DNA of 64,000 nucleotides, from IMG/VR virus record IMGVR_UViG_3300022919_000004, positions 9,315 to 73,314 of that record, one strand, 5' to 3'. How positions within the stretch are numbered: position 1 is the first letter of the stretch; each line of letters opens with the position of its first letter. This document shows positions 44,800 to 53,620 of this stretch, piece after piece. The notes under the pieces were generated by a model. It saw only the letters and a list, made by a program, of their open reading frames with translations, was not told the DNA's origin and ran no database searches. The translations under genes were made by a program, and so were the position numbers. Source of the stretch: a virus.

Positions 44800-45642
44800 T
44801 TAAAGCTGTTCTATAAATTTACGTATGTCATCAACTCTATATTTTACCGGATCCATAACTGCACGGTCACGATCTAATTGGAAACGCTTAATCCTTAATT
44901 CTAAAGGCAAATCCGAATAAGTCATGTACTTTTTTACCTCTTGATACAAATCGTCTTCCAGCTCGTCTAAACCTAATTCGCGTACACGCTGCCATGCTTC
45001 TCGCTCAACAGTTCGTTCGTCAGCATCCATAAGCGTGTAAACCAGACCGAACCTATTTTTATCGTACAATTCCATATATCCTTGCCCCTGCCAACCGTAA
45101 GCATCAATAGGTATTTCGGTATCGAACAAAGGAAATGTTTTTTGTGACCACGAATTTTTAATGTCCTCTATTGATTCAGGCAGAACAACGTCCGCTTCGC
45201 CTGTCAGATAATCATTATACATTCTGGTATTATTCTTAACAACAGCCCCCCACCCAAAATAATCCGCAGCCAATTTGATAGATTCCGCTTCTAGCCGGTT
45301 ACCTTTATCGCAGTATTTTGATTTGAAATTTACCGAACGGTTATAAAATTCGGGTTGCTCTTTTAGCCAATCGTAAATTACCCCGATACAGGTTTTTGAC
45401 AGATGCAATTTTTCTGAATTTAGTTTCAGTAAATCTGTTTTCGATTCCATATCAGAAATAGACACGATCAATTTTTTATACGTATCCGTTTCTTTATTCT
45501 TAGTCGTTTCGGCTTTTACCCGCTTCGCTTCTAAACTCTCGATATGGTCACTATAAACGTCTCTAGGGTGCTTACTTTGTGGTTCGCTCATAATTGCTCC
45601 CAAACCAGAACAACGAGCGTAGAACGTCTTATTTAACTGCAT
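44800..45642 (-). CDS. PD-(D/E)XK exonuclease (lambda-exo-like)
   Basis: RCSGLG.IM, KGN..E, GEAD...EDIKNSW, WQGQGYM. Confidence 0.75.
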   Translation of the reverse strand: MQLNKTFYARCSGLGAIMSEPQSKHPRDVYSDHIESLEAKRVKAETTKNKETDTYKKLIVSISDMESKTDLLKLNSEKLHLSKTCIGVIYDWLKEQPEFYNRSVNFKSKYCDKGNRLEAESIKLAADYFGWGAVVKNNTRMYNDYLTGEADVVLPESIEDIKNSWSQKTFPLFDTEIPIDAYGWQGQGYMELYDKNRFGLVYTLMDADERTVEREAWQRVRELGLDELEDDLYQEVKKYMTYSDLPLELRIKRFQLDRDRAVMDPVKYRVDDIRKFIEQL

Positions 45643-46132
45643 TTTCGAGGGCTATTTTAAGCGTTTCGGTAATTGAATATTTCGTTGCCAGGAATTGCAA
45701 AGCCGCTTCCATTGTGGTCTTTTTAGATTTGATAGCCGCAGCCGTATCATTGAACGTTTTAGATTCCGTTGGCAGTTCAGGTAATAAGATAACCGGAGCT
45801 TCTTTTTTGACGCGCAAAGCATCAACACTTTCACCAAACGCCCTGATCTTAGCAACGTATAAAGTGATTAGCTTACCGTTCCAGTCCTCAATGAATGGCG
45901 ACCCGGTAGCCGCAGTAATTGCTTTAGCATTGGTAGAATTCACGATCATCGGTTTATGACCTTTAAGGTAAAGCACCATAGCCTCTTCTTTTTTGTCCCC
46001 GTTCTGAACCATTTCTTTGACGGCTTTTTCCATTTGAACAACGAGTTCGATTGATTGATCGCCAGTCATAAGTTCGTACGATCCGATGTATGATGGGTTA
46101 CGTAATTTCTTGTAGTGAGTTTTGTTTTCCAT
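45629..46132 (-). CDS. probable single-strand annealing partner
   Basis: KTHYKKL.NP.YIG, KPMIVNSTN, IEDW.GK.ITLY; adjacent to exonuclease. Confidence 0.5.
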   Translation of the reverse strand: MENKTHYKKLRNPSYIGSYELMTGDQSIELVVQMEKAVKEMVQNGDKKEEAMVLYLKGHKPMIVNSTNAKAITAATGSPFIEDWNGKLITLYVAKIRAFGESVDALRVKKEAPVILLPELPTESKTFNDTAAAIKSKKTTMEAALQFLATKYSITETLKIALENAVK

Positions 46133-46133
46133 T

Positions 46134-46316
46134 TTATTTCAATTCTTTACTTAATTCAATCATGTATGGCTTAATGATATTACTAATTCCATACGACAAA
46201 GCGGAACCCATTTCTTTACCTATTTCAGTTTTAAATTCTGCCTTTGACATTTCAATAAACTGATCGAATATTTTACGGATTAATGCTTTGTCGTGCTCTG
46301 TATCTGTCATCTTCAA
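46134..46316 (-). CDS. hypothetical protein
   Basis: Homologue of 4009-4164. Confidence 0.6.
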   Translation of the reverse strand: MKMTDTEHDKALIRKIFDQFIEMSKAEFKTEIGKEMGSALSYGISNIIKPYMIELSKELK

Positions 46317-46365
46317 ATTTACTTATTAACCCTATGATTTACCTGTTTTTGGTGTAACGTGTTCG

Positions 46366-47190
46366 TTACTGTAGTGATTTGTAGGCGTGAAGCAAATCTT
46401 CGAGGTCGGAGGGCGCGAAATTCATAGTATTGTTGCCGTCGAAAACACGAATTAAATCAGAATGTACATTAGCCGTTTTGCCTTTAAACAATTTTACCTC
46501 AATAGCCTTCGGGTTATTCTGCTCCTTTATCCATGCCTCTGCGGCTTCTTTGCTTGAGAAGGCTTTGTCTATTTCTGGATAAGAACATACAAAATGGCAA
46601 CCTCTTAAACCTTTTGTTTCAAATAAAACAAAATCACCTTTGCCCTGCGATCCTGACCTTCCGGCTCTATAATAATCATCCCCCTTATAAAGCGGCACGT
46701 TATCCTCACTCGTCATCACGAACACCGGAAGAGGAATTCCTACTTCGGCGGCGAATTGAGGGAAGTCTATCACTTGATACCCTTCGTTTTCTGCTTGTTT
46801 TTTGCTGTTTTTACCGTTACTTTGCCCGTTGTATGAATCATCGTAATATTTCACTTGCGGGTATCCACCTTTTATACTGCCTATTCCATCCTTAGTGCCG
46901 CTCATTCGCAATCCCTTACTCTCATAATGCTCCATCAGCAAATTAAACTCACGTTCGTTGTTTACCTGGATTGCACATTTTCCGGACAGGATGCTAGGCG
47001 CAACCGATTTATGAATTATACCAGCCCAATCTTTATTCATATCCATCACGGCCATATCGTTACTATCAACAATATCATCGCCATCAAATCTGAATATTCC
47101 GGTTGATGTTGATTCATATCCACCCCAAGTAAATACCGTTCCGGCGGGATAATCCCGCATAGCTTTTTCAAGCAATTCATGTTTTTTCAT
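46366..47190 (-). CDS. multi-module hypothetical early protein
   Basis: Starts MKKHELL; homologue of 4220-5041. Confidence 0.7.
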   Translation of the reverse strand: MKKHELLEKAMRDYPAGTVFTWGGYESTSTGIFRFDGDDIVDSNDMAVMDMNKDWAGIIHKSVAPSILSGKCAIQVNNEREFNLLMEHYESKGLRMSGTKDGIGSIKGGYPQVKYYDDSYNGQSNGKNSKKQAENEGYQVIDFPQFAAEVGIPLPVFVMTSEDNVPLYKGDDYYRAGRSGSQGKGDFVLFETKGLRGCHFVCSYPEIDKAFSSKEAAEAWIKEQNNPKAIEVKLFKGKTANVHSDLIRVFDGNNTMNFAPSDLEDLLHAYKSLQ

Positions 47191-47191
47191 T

Positions 47192-47356
47192 TTATCTTGT
47201 TTTAATTGTTTCAAATTGTTCCTTACAAACCCCAATAACCCCGAAATAATGCAACGCGCATAATGCTCCAAATATCAGAACCATAACCGAAACGATCTGA
47301 ACGAAAGGAACCGGTCGGGTGTTGGTGTCTTTTTTGATGTAGTGCGGGCGGTTCAT
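47192..47356 (-). CDS. small single-TM protein, 54 aa
   Basis: Manual: MNRPHYIKKDTNTRPVPFVQIVSVMVLIFGALC... Confidence 0.6.
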   Translation of the reverse strand: MNRPHYIKKDTNTRPVPFVQIVSVMVLIFGALCALHYFGVIGVCKEQFETIKTR

Positions 47357-47529
47357 GATCCACGTTTTTTAAATTCAACTGGGCATAACTCTTCTGTTAC
47401 CTTGATACCATCAGTTAAACCTGACAGGAATTTAAGCATCAGTTCTTTGTTTTCTTTAGAGGCTAAAACTTGATGACAGTTACCGTCTATCTCAACGACA
47501 ATGGCTATGGATGTAATTTCCCTACTCAC
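47353..47529 (-). CDS. hypothetical protein, 58 aa
   Basis: Manual, GTG start: SREITSIAIVVEIDGNCHQVL...; occupies the YopX slot of unit 1. Confidence 0.55.
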   Translation of the reverse strand: MSREITSIAIVVEIDGNCHQVLASKENKELMLKFLSGLTDGIKVTEELCPVEFKKRGS

Positions 47530-47749
47530 CTACCACCTCCATTCCTACTAAATTAATTGCCGTAATCAACGTAGCCCTGCAAGCGTGACGAACCGTCCAC
47601 AACTTCGCTACCTCTGCCTGTTTTTCCTGTGGCGCGAAGATCTTAAAATACTCGTTCGTTTCGATGCCTTTAAAATTTGCATCCGCTTCCTCGAAGTTCG
47701 CTATTGCTCTGTTGAGGTGTTCGATTTGTTGTTTTAGGTTTTCTAGCAT
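47522..47749 (-). CDS. hypothetical protein
   Basis: Homologue of 5586-5810. Confidence 0.7.
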   Translation of the reverse strand: MLENLKQQIEHLNRAIANFEEADANFKGIETNEYFKIFAPQEKQAEVAKLWTVRHACRATLITAINLVGMEVVGE

Positions 47750-47751
47750 GA

Positions 47752-47979
47752 TTATTTGTTTAAAGCTTTAATTAATGCGTCGGCAATTCTGACAGCTGAA
47801 TTAGCTATTTCGTTTATAGGTTCATTGCCTAGTGTCGGACTATGCCCTGTTGATAGTGCTTGCATTGCCATAGCGGCAAAGTGTTCACGCTTGGTTAGGC
47901 CGGTATGGTTACCTGCCATTGCATCGTCTCCATACATTCCGTCGATTACGCCTATTGGTGCGTTTCCGTCTGTTTTCAT
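47752..47979 (-). CDS. conserved phage hypothetical protein
   Basis: GLTKREHFAAMAMQAL motif. Confidence 0.7.
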   Translation of the reverse strand: MKTDGNAPIGVIDGMYGDDAMAGNHTGLTKREHFAAMAMQALSTGHSPTLGNEPINEIANSAVRIADALIKALNK

Positions 47980-47980
47980 C

Positions 47981-48262
47981 TTAATTCCCTCCTATTATCA
48001 CTTCATTATAAAATCTGTTAGTTACTTTTCCCCAGTTTTCATCTAGGTAGTCGGATGCTGATTGGAACTCGTAGGGTTCGCTTATCTCCTGGCCGTTATC
48101 TGTTACGTCGACTAGTTGCGAGTCTATGTTCATTTCCTGAGACCGGACGAACTGCTCAATACGTTCTGTCGGGATACTTTGGCTTTCTCCGTTCGTAAAG
48201 AAGAAAGTTGTTAAGCCTTTATATTCTTCTGTTGAAGCCAGGCCGATTGGTTTGATGCTCAT
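47981..48262 (-). CDS. first leftward early gene
   Basis: TATATTTG promoter upstream; C-terminus shared with 5815-6069. Confidence 0.65.
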   Translation of the reverse strand: MSIKPIGLASTEEYKGLTTFFFTNGESQSIPTERIEQFVRSQEMNIDSQLVDVTDNGQEISEPYEFQSASDYLDENWGKVTNRFYNEVIIGGN

Positions 48263-48386
48263 GTTGTTTTGTTTTTGTTAGGACAAATATACGAACGTTT
48301 TTCATATTGTCAATAGCAAAATGATATTATTTTATATTTATTTTAAAATTCGTGCGAAATCAAAATAATACTCTATATTTGCCTTT

Positions 48387-48548
48387 ATGGAAGAAACAAA
48401 AGAAGTTAAATTCCTGCTAAGGATCAGCAGTGATTTAAAGGCTAAAGCAGAAATGCAAGCCAAAAAAGATAAAAGATCTTTGAACAGTCATATACTAACG
48501 CTTATTGAAAGAGATGCGAAAGTAGACGATTTAATGAGGGGGAGGTAA
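48387..48548 (+). CDS. Arc-like ribbon-helix-helix regulator, 53 aa
   Basis: Manual: MEETKEVKFLLRISSDLKAKAEMQAKKDKRSLNSHILTLIERD; TATATTTG-CCTTT-ATG. Confidence 0.75.
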   Translation: MEETKEVKFLLRISSDLKAKAEMQAKKDKRSLNSHILTLIERDAKVDDLMRGR

Positions 48549-48549
48549 G

Positions 48550-48945
48550 ATGACGAACACATTAGAAAATAAAGCTAAGTTCTTTGCTCAATATTGGGGG
48601 CAGAAAGTGTTTTTTGACTTAGTATCAGAAACAATAGTAGAAAACGTTTATGAGTTTTGGTCAGGAACTATTAGATTGGCTGAATTAGATTACTTAACTC
48701 TAAAACCCCTATCATCAATTACAGCAGAGGATTTACAGGCAATCGGATTTTCGTTATCACCCCCTGTAGTTAAATTTACACCTGACAGCTATAAATGTCA
48801 TTGGGTAGCTCTGTTTGGTCAAGAGGGGTATTTAACTCTAAAAGATTTTGACTACCTCCGCTCAAAAGGCTACGCTTTGCCTTGGATGGGATTATCTGTT
48901 GGAAAGCAAATAGAATACGGATGGGTTAAACTAGCTACATCATGA
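48550..48945 (+). CDS. conserved phage hypothetical protein
   Basis: FFAQYWGQKV...LKPLSSIT...DYLRSKGYALPW. Confidence 0.7.
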   Translation: MTNTLENKAKFFAQYWGQKVFFDLVSETIVENVYEFWSGTIRLAELDYLTLKPLSSITAEDLQAIGFSLSPPVVKFTPDSYKCHWVALFGQEGYLTLKDFDYLRSKGYALPWMGLSVGKQIEYGWVKLATS

Positions 48946-49022
48946 AACCCACACACATCGCAATAGCATTAATTTGCATCGGACTTTTGGTTTGGGTTGT
49001 AAAATATATGGAGACGATATGA
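48942..49022 (+). CDS. 26-aa single-TM microprotein
   Basis: MKPTHIAIALICIGLLVWVVKYMETI. Confidence 0.6.
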   Translation: MKPTHIAIALICIGLLVWVVKYMETI

Positions 49023-49354
49023 AAACAATAATTGAAATTTTAGACGATTTGGCCGAACGTGCTAATTATGTCTCTTTCCGAAGTGCTATGATGGCAACTA
49101 TAGATGAATCAACAAAAATAATTGAAGAAGCAGCCGAAATTTATGCTAATCAGAGTAAATGGGTTGATTCGAAAGTCCAGCAGCCAGAAAATTTCAAAGC
49201 AGTCTTAATAGAAGCTGATTTTATAGGTAAAAGTCACATGGCAGAAATTGCTACCGTTGGCTGTTGGCAGCTTGATCACTGGACTACTGACAGAGATCAA
49301 GACTTAGACAAAATCGAAATAAACGTCAACAGATGGATGCCATTGCCAATTTAA
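49019..49354 (+). CDS. DUF551-type protein
   Basis: KWVDSKVQQP...VNRWMPLP. Confidence 0.65.
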   Translation: MKTIIEILDDLAERANYVSFRSAMMATIDESTKIIEEAAEIYANQSKWVDSKVQQPENFKAVLIEADFIGKSHMAEIATVGCWQLDHWTTDRDQDLDKIEINVNRWMPLPI

Positions 49355-49557
49355 ATCTCAGCCAATATATTACCCAACACATCAACAACCCTTTCCCCCA
49401 ACTTCCTCGCTAAAAACGGCTTAATCAAAGGCCATACAGCAAGAAAAAGCAAACGTTTAACCCACCCCAATTTAGCTTCTTTAGCTAGATCCTGGGGTGT
49501 TACGTTTTCTAGTAAATCCACATCGGCAACTAGTGATTCTATTTCTGAGCGTCTCAT
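49351..49557 (-). CDS. amphipathic cationic lysis-operon protein
   Basis: Near-identical to 7090-7296. Confidence 0.65.
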   Translation of the reverse strand: MRRSEIESLVADVDLLENVTPQDLAKEAKLGWVKRLLFLAVWPLIKPFLARKLGERVVDVLGNILAEI

Positions 49558-49799
49558 GATTTCGGTGCGTCTGGAATGCTGTTAGCCATTGATACGATTG
49601 CTTCGTCTTTCTTTGCGCTGGATTGACTTGACCCAAAGAAGTAGTTTAGAACCTGAGTTAATGCCGCTACGATCGCTATAATTACTTGCGGGTCTGATTG
49701 AGCCTTACCTTGAAAGTAAGTCGTAAAGAAGTAAGCAAATGATAGCACAACCACGAATAGCGCAATTGATACCTTTAATGTTTCTGTTGAAAATTTCAT
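49554..49799 (-). CDS. 2-TM holin-like protein
   Basis: Two TMs, VLNYFFGSSQSS.KKD motif; not homologous to 7293-7532. Confidence 0.6.
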   Translation of the reverse strand: MKFSTETLKVSIALFVVVLSFAYFFTTYFQGKAQSDPQVIIAIVAALTQVLNYFFGSSQSSAKKDEAIVSMANSIPDAPKS

Positions 49800-49803
49800 A
49801 ATG

Positions 49804-50256
49804 TTATTTAGCTAATTCAATATGAGGTAGGTCTGGCAAAGTTCGCCACGTCCCACCCCAGATAATAGCAATGCCCATACATTTAGCCGTAGCCATGATG
49901 TGTGCTGCTATAATACGAAACTCTGTATCTGCGTTCCAATCTATTTTACCATTCACAAACGGAACAAAATCGATTGCGTGCCCATACCCATCTGACTTTA
50001 CCTGATGGTTACTTTTGTTCGTCGTCCCGTTCTTTTGCGTTACAATATTACCTAAAGGCTTTTTAGCACTTTTGCCGTCAGGGTTAACTTTAGTACGGCC
50101 TAAAGCATATAAAGCTACCTGTTCAGCCTGAGTTCGCACCCCGTAAACAATAGAGAAATCCACCGGGCTATCTGTAATTGCAGCATTCATTAACCTGACT
50201 AAATCAGGGCGTACGCCTTTAAGTTTTGCGAGTGAAGCAGATCCGAATTTTGCCAT
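49804..50256 (-). CDS. endolysin, M15 peptidase-like
   Basis: SNH...GHAIDF...WGGTW..LPDLPHIEL. Confidence 0.85.
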   Translation of the reverse strand: MAKFGSASLAKLKGVRPDLVRLMNAAITDSPVDFSIVYGVRTQAEQVALYALGRTKVNPDGKSAKKPLGNIVTQKNGTTNKSNHQVKSDGYGHAIDFVPFVNGKIDWNADTEFRIIAAHIMATAKCMGIAIIWGGTWRTLPDLPHIELAK

Positions 50257-50267
50257 AATCAAATATA

Positions 50268-50648
50268 CTAAATTAATTTATAACCACGACGTAGTAAGAA
50301 GTAGATCAAGCCAGTTAAGGATACCCAAAGTATTGGCGTAACGATAATTAGCTCAGTCGTTCGTTTAAGTATCTCCCGGTTGAACAATAACCCGCTTAAC
50401 TGAGATATGATAAATATCAGGCAAAACATAGTAGGCACGCTCCAAATTGCCAGGGTATTAGCCAATAACCACCTCCGCAACCACTTGATATACCAGAAGT
50501 CAAATACCACCGTCCGTATAAGTATTTTTAACGGCCTGTAAGCCATTTTCAATCTGCAGGTGTAATACATCAGCACACACGTCAAAGCGACCATTAGAAG
50601 CATTGTAATTGTTGAAGCGATAATTAATGCTATTTGTTCAAAACTCAT
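50268..50648 (-). CDS. multi-TM lysis-cassette protein
   Basis: Homologue of 8589-8969. Confidence 0.65.
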   Translation of the reverse strand: MSFEQIALIIASTITMLLMVALTCVLMYYTCRLKMAYRPLKILIRTVVFDFWYIKWLRRWLLANTLAIWSVPTMFCLIFIISQLSGLLFNREILKRTTELIIVTPILWVSLTGLIYFLLRRGYKLI

Positions 50649-51082
50649 GGCTTAATCTCCTCATTCTTATCATCCGTGTAATACTTTTTGACCATTGAAT
50701 TAAATGAAATCTTACTGACTTTCTCTAGTGATTGTATCAAATACACAGCCATAAAGCTACATATTATTAAATAAACTTGAAGCCCTACCGAGCTAAACGG
50801 GCGTATGACGCTAAGACCAGAAACCCAAAACTGATAAGCTGCCCATGACATGAACACCGTAGCGAATGCGTGTAGCGAAACGATACCGCGGCCTAAAGCC
50901 CGGCCACTAGCTGCGATCATAACCATACGCAACCCAAATCCGCATGTAATTGATACCGCACAAGCAAGTATCTGAGCTACATCATGCGTGCCAAATCCAA
51001 TGAAAAATCCTGTTAAAATAACTCCCTCTCTTATAACGGTTCCGAGCCACATACTGACTACTTTAATTGCGTGTGTTATCAT
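50645..51082 (-). CDS. multi-TM holin-like protein
   Basis: Homologue of 8966-9403. Confidence 0.6.
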   Translation of the reverse strand: MITHAIKVVSMWLGTVIREGVILTGFFIGFGTHDVAQILACAVSITCGFGLRMVMIAASGRALGRGIVSLHAFATVFMSWAAYQFWVSGLSVIRPFSSVGLQVYLIICSFMAVYLIQSLEKVSKISFNSMVKKYYTDDKNEEIKP

Positions 51083-51448
51083 TTATATGTCCCCGTTTTT
51101 ATCTGCTTTAAATATAGCGAAAATAGTGTAAATCAGAGTTATAGCGTCTAGGTAGTAAATCTGTAGGGATGGCCGGGATATTAACCCAAATTCATTAACA
51201 ATAACCAGACCGGATATGATGGAAAGAAAAACATAAGCGATATTACGAAACGCTATTTCAGATTTTGATTTTGCGGAACTATTACCCATAATGAGTAAAG
51301 GAGCTACAAAAATAATCAACTCAGCGTTGCGCCAAATCTTATCCTGGTCCGCGTCAATATGAAAGTTTCTTATACAGTAAACGTATAAATTATGACTGCA
51401 CACGTAACATGAAGTCATAAGCCCGGTAACAATAGCCCTGCTATCCAC
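51083..51448 (-). CDS. 4-TM membrane protein
   Basis: Homologue of 9405-9770. Confidence 0.6.
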   Translation of the reverse strand: MDSRAIVTGLMTSCYVCSHNLYVYCIRNFHIDADQDKIWRNAELIIFVAPLLIMGNSSAKSKSEIAFRNIAYVFLSIISGLVIVNEFGLISRPSLQIYYLDAITLIYTIFAIFKADKNGDI

Positions 51449-51590
51449 CTACATTTTCAATCCATTTCCAATCTCCTTCGATGCACTTCCAGCTACCGGC
51501 ACCGTCTCCGCCTGGCAATGTCGGCTTAACCCCACAAGAATCTCTGTCAATTCTCTCTTGTTCTTCGTTTAGTTGTTCTTCTTTTTCCAT
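51441..51590 (-). CDS. acidic-leader Cys/Trp micropeptide, 49 aa
   Basis: MEKEEQLNEEQERIDRDSCGVKPTLPGGDGAGSWKCIEGDWKWIENVGG; TACCTTTA-ACTATT-ATG. Confidence 0.7.
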   Translation of the reverse strand: MEKEEQLNEEQERIDRDSCGVKPTLPGGDGAGSWKCIEGDWKWIENVGG

Positions 51591-51621
51591 AATAGTTAAA
51601 GGTAAAAAATATTTTTGATAT

Positions 51622-51637
51622 GTAACATGGTTGTTAC
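51622..51637. promoter_or_regulatory. perfect box GTAACA-TGGT-TGTTAC
   Basis: 12/12 palindromic arms between divergent promoters. Confidence 0.75.
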
Positions 51638-51676
51638 AATTACTCACATATCCGGGAAAGATAGTATGTTTGGGAT

Positions 51677-52057
51677 ATGGAAAAAAGAGACGTAAAAATA
51701 GGGATGGAAATAGTGATGACTCAAGATTATTGCACTTACATCTTAAAAGGAGAAAAATATAAAATTCTAAGAAAACAAGGAGACGAAACAGGCTCTTGTT
51801 TTGTTGTTGACCATGATGGTAAAGATAGCTATCTGGCACCATATTCAGCATATTTTGAACCAACTGACCCAGATTTTATACCATCAAAAATAAGTATTAA
51901 AGCAGAAGAGATATTAAAACAATGCACTGGAAATTCTTATGGTATAACTAACGCTATGCACCTTAAAGCCATGAAGCTATATGCCAATGCAAAATTAGAC
52001 GAAGCAGCATCTATATTTGATAATGAAAGTATCCTTTCACTCAAAGACATAATATAG
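51677..52057 (+). CDS. accessory hypothetical protein
   Basis: ORF track; TATGTTTG-GGAT-ATG. Confidence 0.65.
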   Translation: MEKRDVKIGMEIVMTQDYCTYILKGEKYKILRKQGDETGSCFVVDHDGKDSYLAPYSAYFEPTDPDFIPSKISIKAEEILKQCTGNSYGITNAMHLKAMKLYANAKLDEAASIFDNESILSLKDII

Positions 52058-52058
52058 C

Positions 52059-52250
52059 ATGATCACCGTCCACTTCAACACCGAACACCTCGGACAAACG
52101 CAAATAGATTGCGATTCAATAGAGGTCATAGAACTGATACCTGCAAGGGGTAGGAAACAGCAAGCTGTAAATGTGCTATATCTTCACTACGGACACGATG
52201 TGTTAGAGGTAAATATTAAACAAGTAAAACGTATTACATGGTCGCAGTAA
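52059..52250 (+). CDS. hypothetical protein
   Basis: Homologue of 10234-10425. Confidence 0.7.
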   Translation: MITVHFNTEHLGQTQIDCDSIEVIELIPARGRKQQAVNVLYLHYGHDVLEVNIKQVKRITWSQ

Positions 52251-52396
52251 CATTCATAGCGCAAACAGAACAAGGGCAGTGCATAGTACTTTATCCTGAG
52301 AGAGTACTAGATCGTAACTTAGAATGGTTGCTCGATTTCGGTACGCACACACATTTGTTTGATAAGGAATTGATTAAGGAGGTTAAGGTAGTATGA
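52238..52396 (+). CDS. hypothetical protein, 52 aa
   Basis: Homologue of 10413-10586. Confidence 0.65.
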   Translation: MVAVTFIAQTEQGQCIVLYPERVLDRNLEWLLDFGTHTHLFDKELIKEVKVV

Positions 52397-52470
52397 AAAC
52401 GCTTCTAGCCGCAATTCTATTAATCTATTTAATTTACCTCGTCTATGGCGACCCTAAAAACCCGCTATAA
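52393..52470 (+). CDS. 25-aa TM microprotein
   Basis: MKTLLAAILLIYLIYLVYGDPKNPL; ATGA coupling. Confidence 0.5.
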   Translation: MKTLLAAILLIYLIYLVYGDPKNPL

Positions 52471-52471
52471 C

Positions 52472-52765
52472 ATGAACTTAAAAACTTTGATTGCCACGTT
52501 CGTATTCTTTCTAATTGGTATTTTATTTGGCGATTTTGTATCAACGTCAAGGTATCATCAAAAAACATCCGTAACACCACAAGAACTAAAACAAGAAAGG
52601 TACGAAAGTAAAATGCGGGAATTAACAAATAGCATAATGCAAACCGCTAAAGGTAAAATTTACGAAATATCAAACTATAAAACTTTAACGGATAGAGATA
52701 GGCGTGATTTGATTTTCTGGAATGAAGTATATAAAAATCAATTAAACGAATTAAAAAACCAATAA
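52472..52765 (+). CDS. N-terminally membrane-anchored hypothetical protein
   Basis: MNLKTLIATFVFFLIGILFG...; unit 2 only. Confidence 0.6.
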   Translation: MNLKTLIATFVFFLIGILFGDFVSTSRYHQKTSVTPQELKQERYESKMRELTNSIMQTAKGKIYEISNYKTLTDRDRRDLIFWNEVYKNQLNELKNQ

Positions 52766-52766
52766 C

Positions 52767-52898
52767 ATGAACTCTTTAAACTCAAACAACAAACCGTTAT
52801 TTCAATTACCCGTAAAGTCTGGAAAATTCGTGCTTTTCATTTTCTGCCTGGCTATTGCACTTCAATTAGCTTTTGCAGTTAAAGCCTGTATGTCATGA
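52767..52898 (+). CDS. 43-aa TM microprotein
   Basis: Homologue of 10892-11023. Confidence 0.65.
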   Translation: MNSLNSNNKPLFQLPVKSGKFVLFIFCLAIALQLAFAVKACMS

Positions 52899-53092
52899 AA
52901 GACAAAAAAAGTAAACGCCCTTCTATGGATCGTATTTGCCGTAGTCGTTTTCTGGATACTATGGATAAACTTTGCAGCATGGTGCCTGTCATAGTTTATG
53001 CCGTTTGCCTATTCCTTTTTTACAAGTCAGGCAAACGGGTGTGTCGGTATACTAAGTGGCAGAATGAGGATGATTCCGACCTTATTGCTTGA
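52895..53092 (+). CDS. apparent frameshift fusion of two TM microprotein genes
   Basis: A7 run after GAC shifts the frame; alternate frame KVNALLWIVF...AAWCLS matches the 11020 peptide, 3' part matches the 11091 peptide. Confidence 0.45.
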   Translation: MKDKKSKRPSMDRICRSRFLDTMDKLCSMVPVIVYAVCLFLFYKSGKRVCRYTKWQNEDDSDLIA

Positions 53093-53618
53093 TTACTAAA
53101 TAATCATTTACAATGTTCAATGTACCCACTATCGGCACTGTAGTGTAATTAACTGTAAAACCAGAGCTCGTAATATTTGTTATCCAACTAGGCTGCGCTG
53201 CGGCCTGTGTACGCGGCTGCAAATATATCTGAGCGGGAACAAAAGGTAAAACAGTAGTTACCCCGTTAATAACATAATTAACAGTATAAGATGTTGTAAG
53301 GAGCGCCCCACTAAATGTAGTAGATCCTTTAATACTATTGCTGTTTCCTAATCTTAACCATCTTCCGGTACTTACCCCGTTTACTGATATTACCAAAAAT
53401 CCGTCATCTGTAGCGGTACTGGCTGCATCCCACATATACCGGCCGCCGTTGGTGTCGTAAGGAGTAAGCAAGCCGGATATTTCAACTTGCGCCCGGTCCT
53501 GAGCTGCTGTAGTTTTTAGATCTGCTCGTATACTGTAGGTTACGGGTGCCGTTCCTTGTATTTGTGCATTGGAGATTAGCGCCAAAAATAATAGAGGTAA
53601 AAGGAATAAACGTTTCAT
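53082..53618 (-). CDS. signal-peptide protein with tailspike N-terminal adaptor-like domain
   Basis: MKRLFLLPLLFLALISNA|Q; YDTNGGRYMWDAASTATDDGF...TGRWLR. Confidence 0.7.
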   Translation of the reverse strand: MKRLFLLPLLFLALISNAQIQGTAPVTYSIRADLKTTAAQDRAQVEISGLLTPYDTNGGRYMWDAASTATDDGFLVISVNGVSTGRWLRLGNSNSIKGSTTFSGALLTTSYTVNYVINGVTTVLPFVPAQIYLQPRTQAAAQPSWITNITSSGFTVNYTTVPIVGTLNIVNDYLVIKQ

Positions 53619-53620
53619 GA

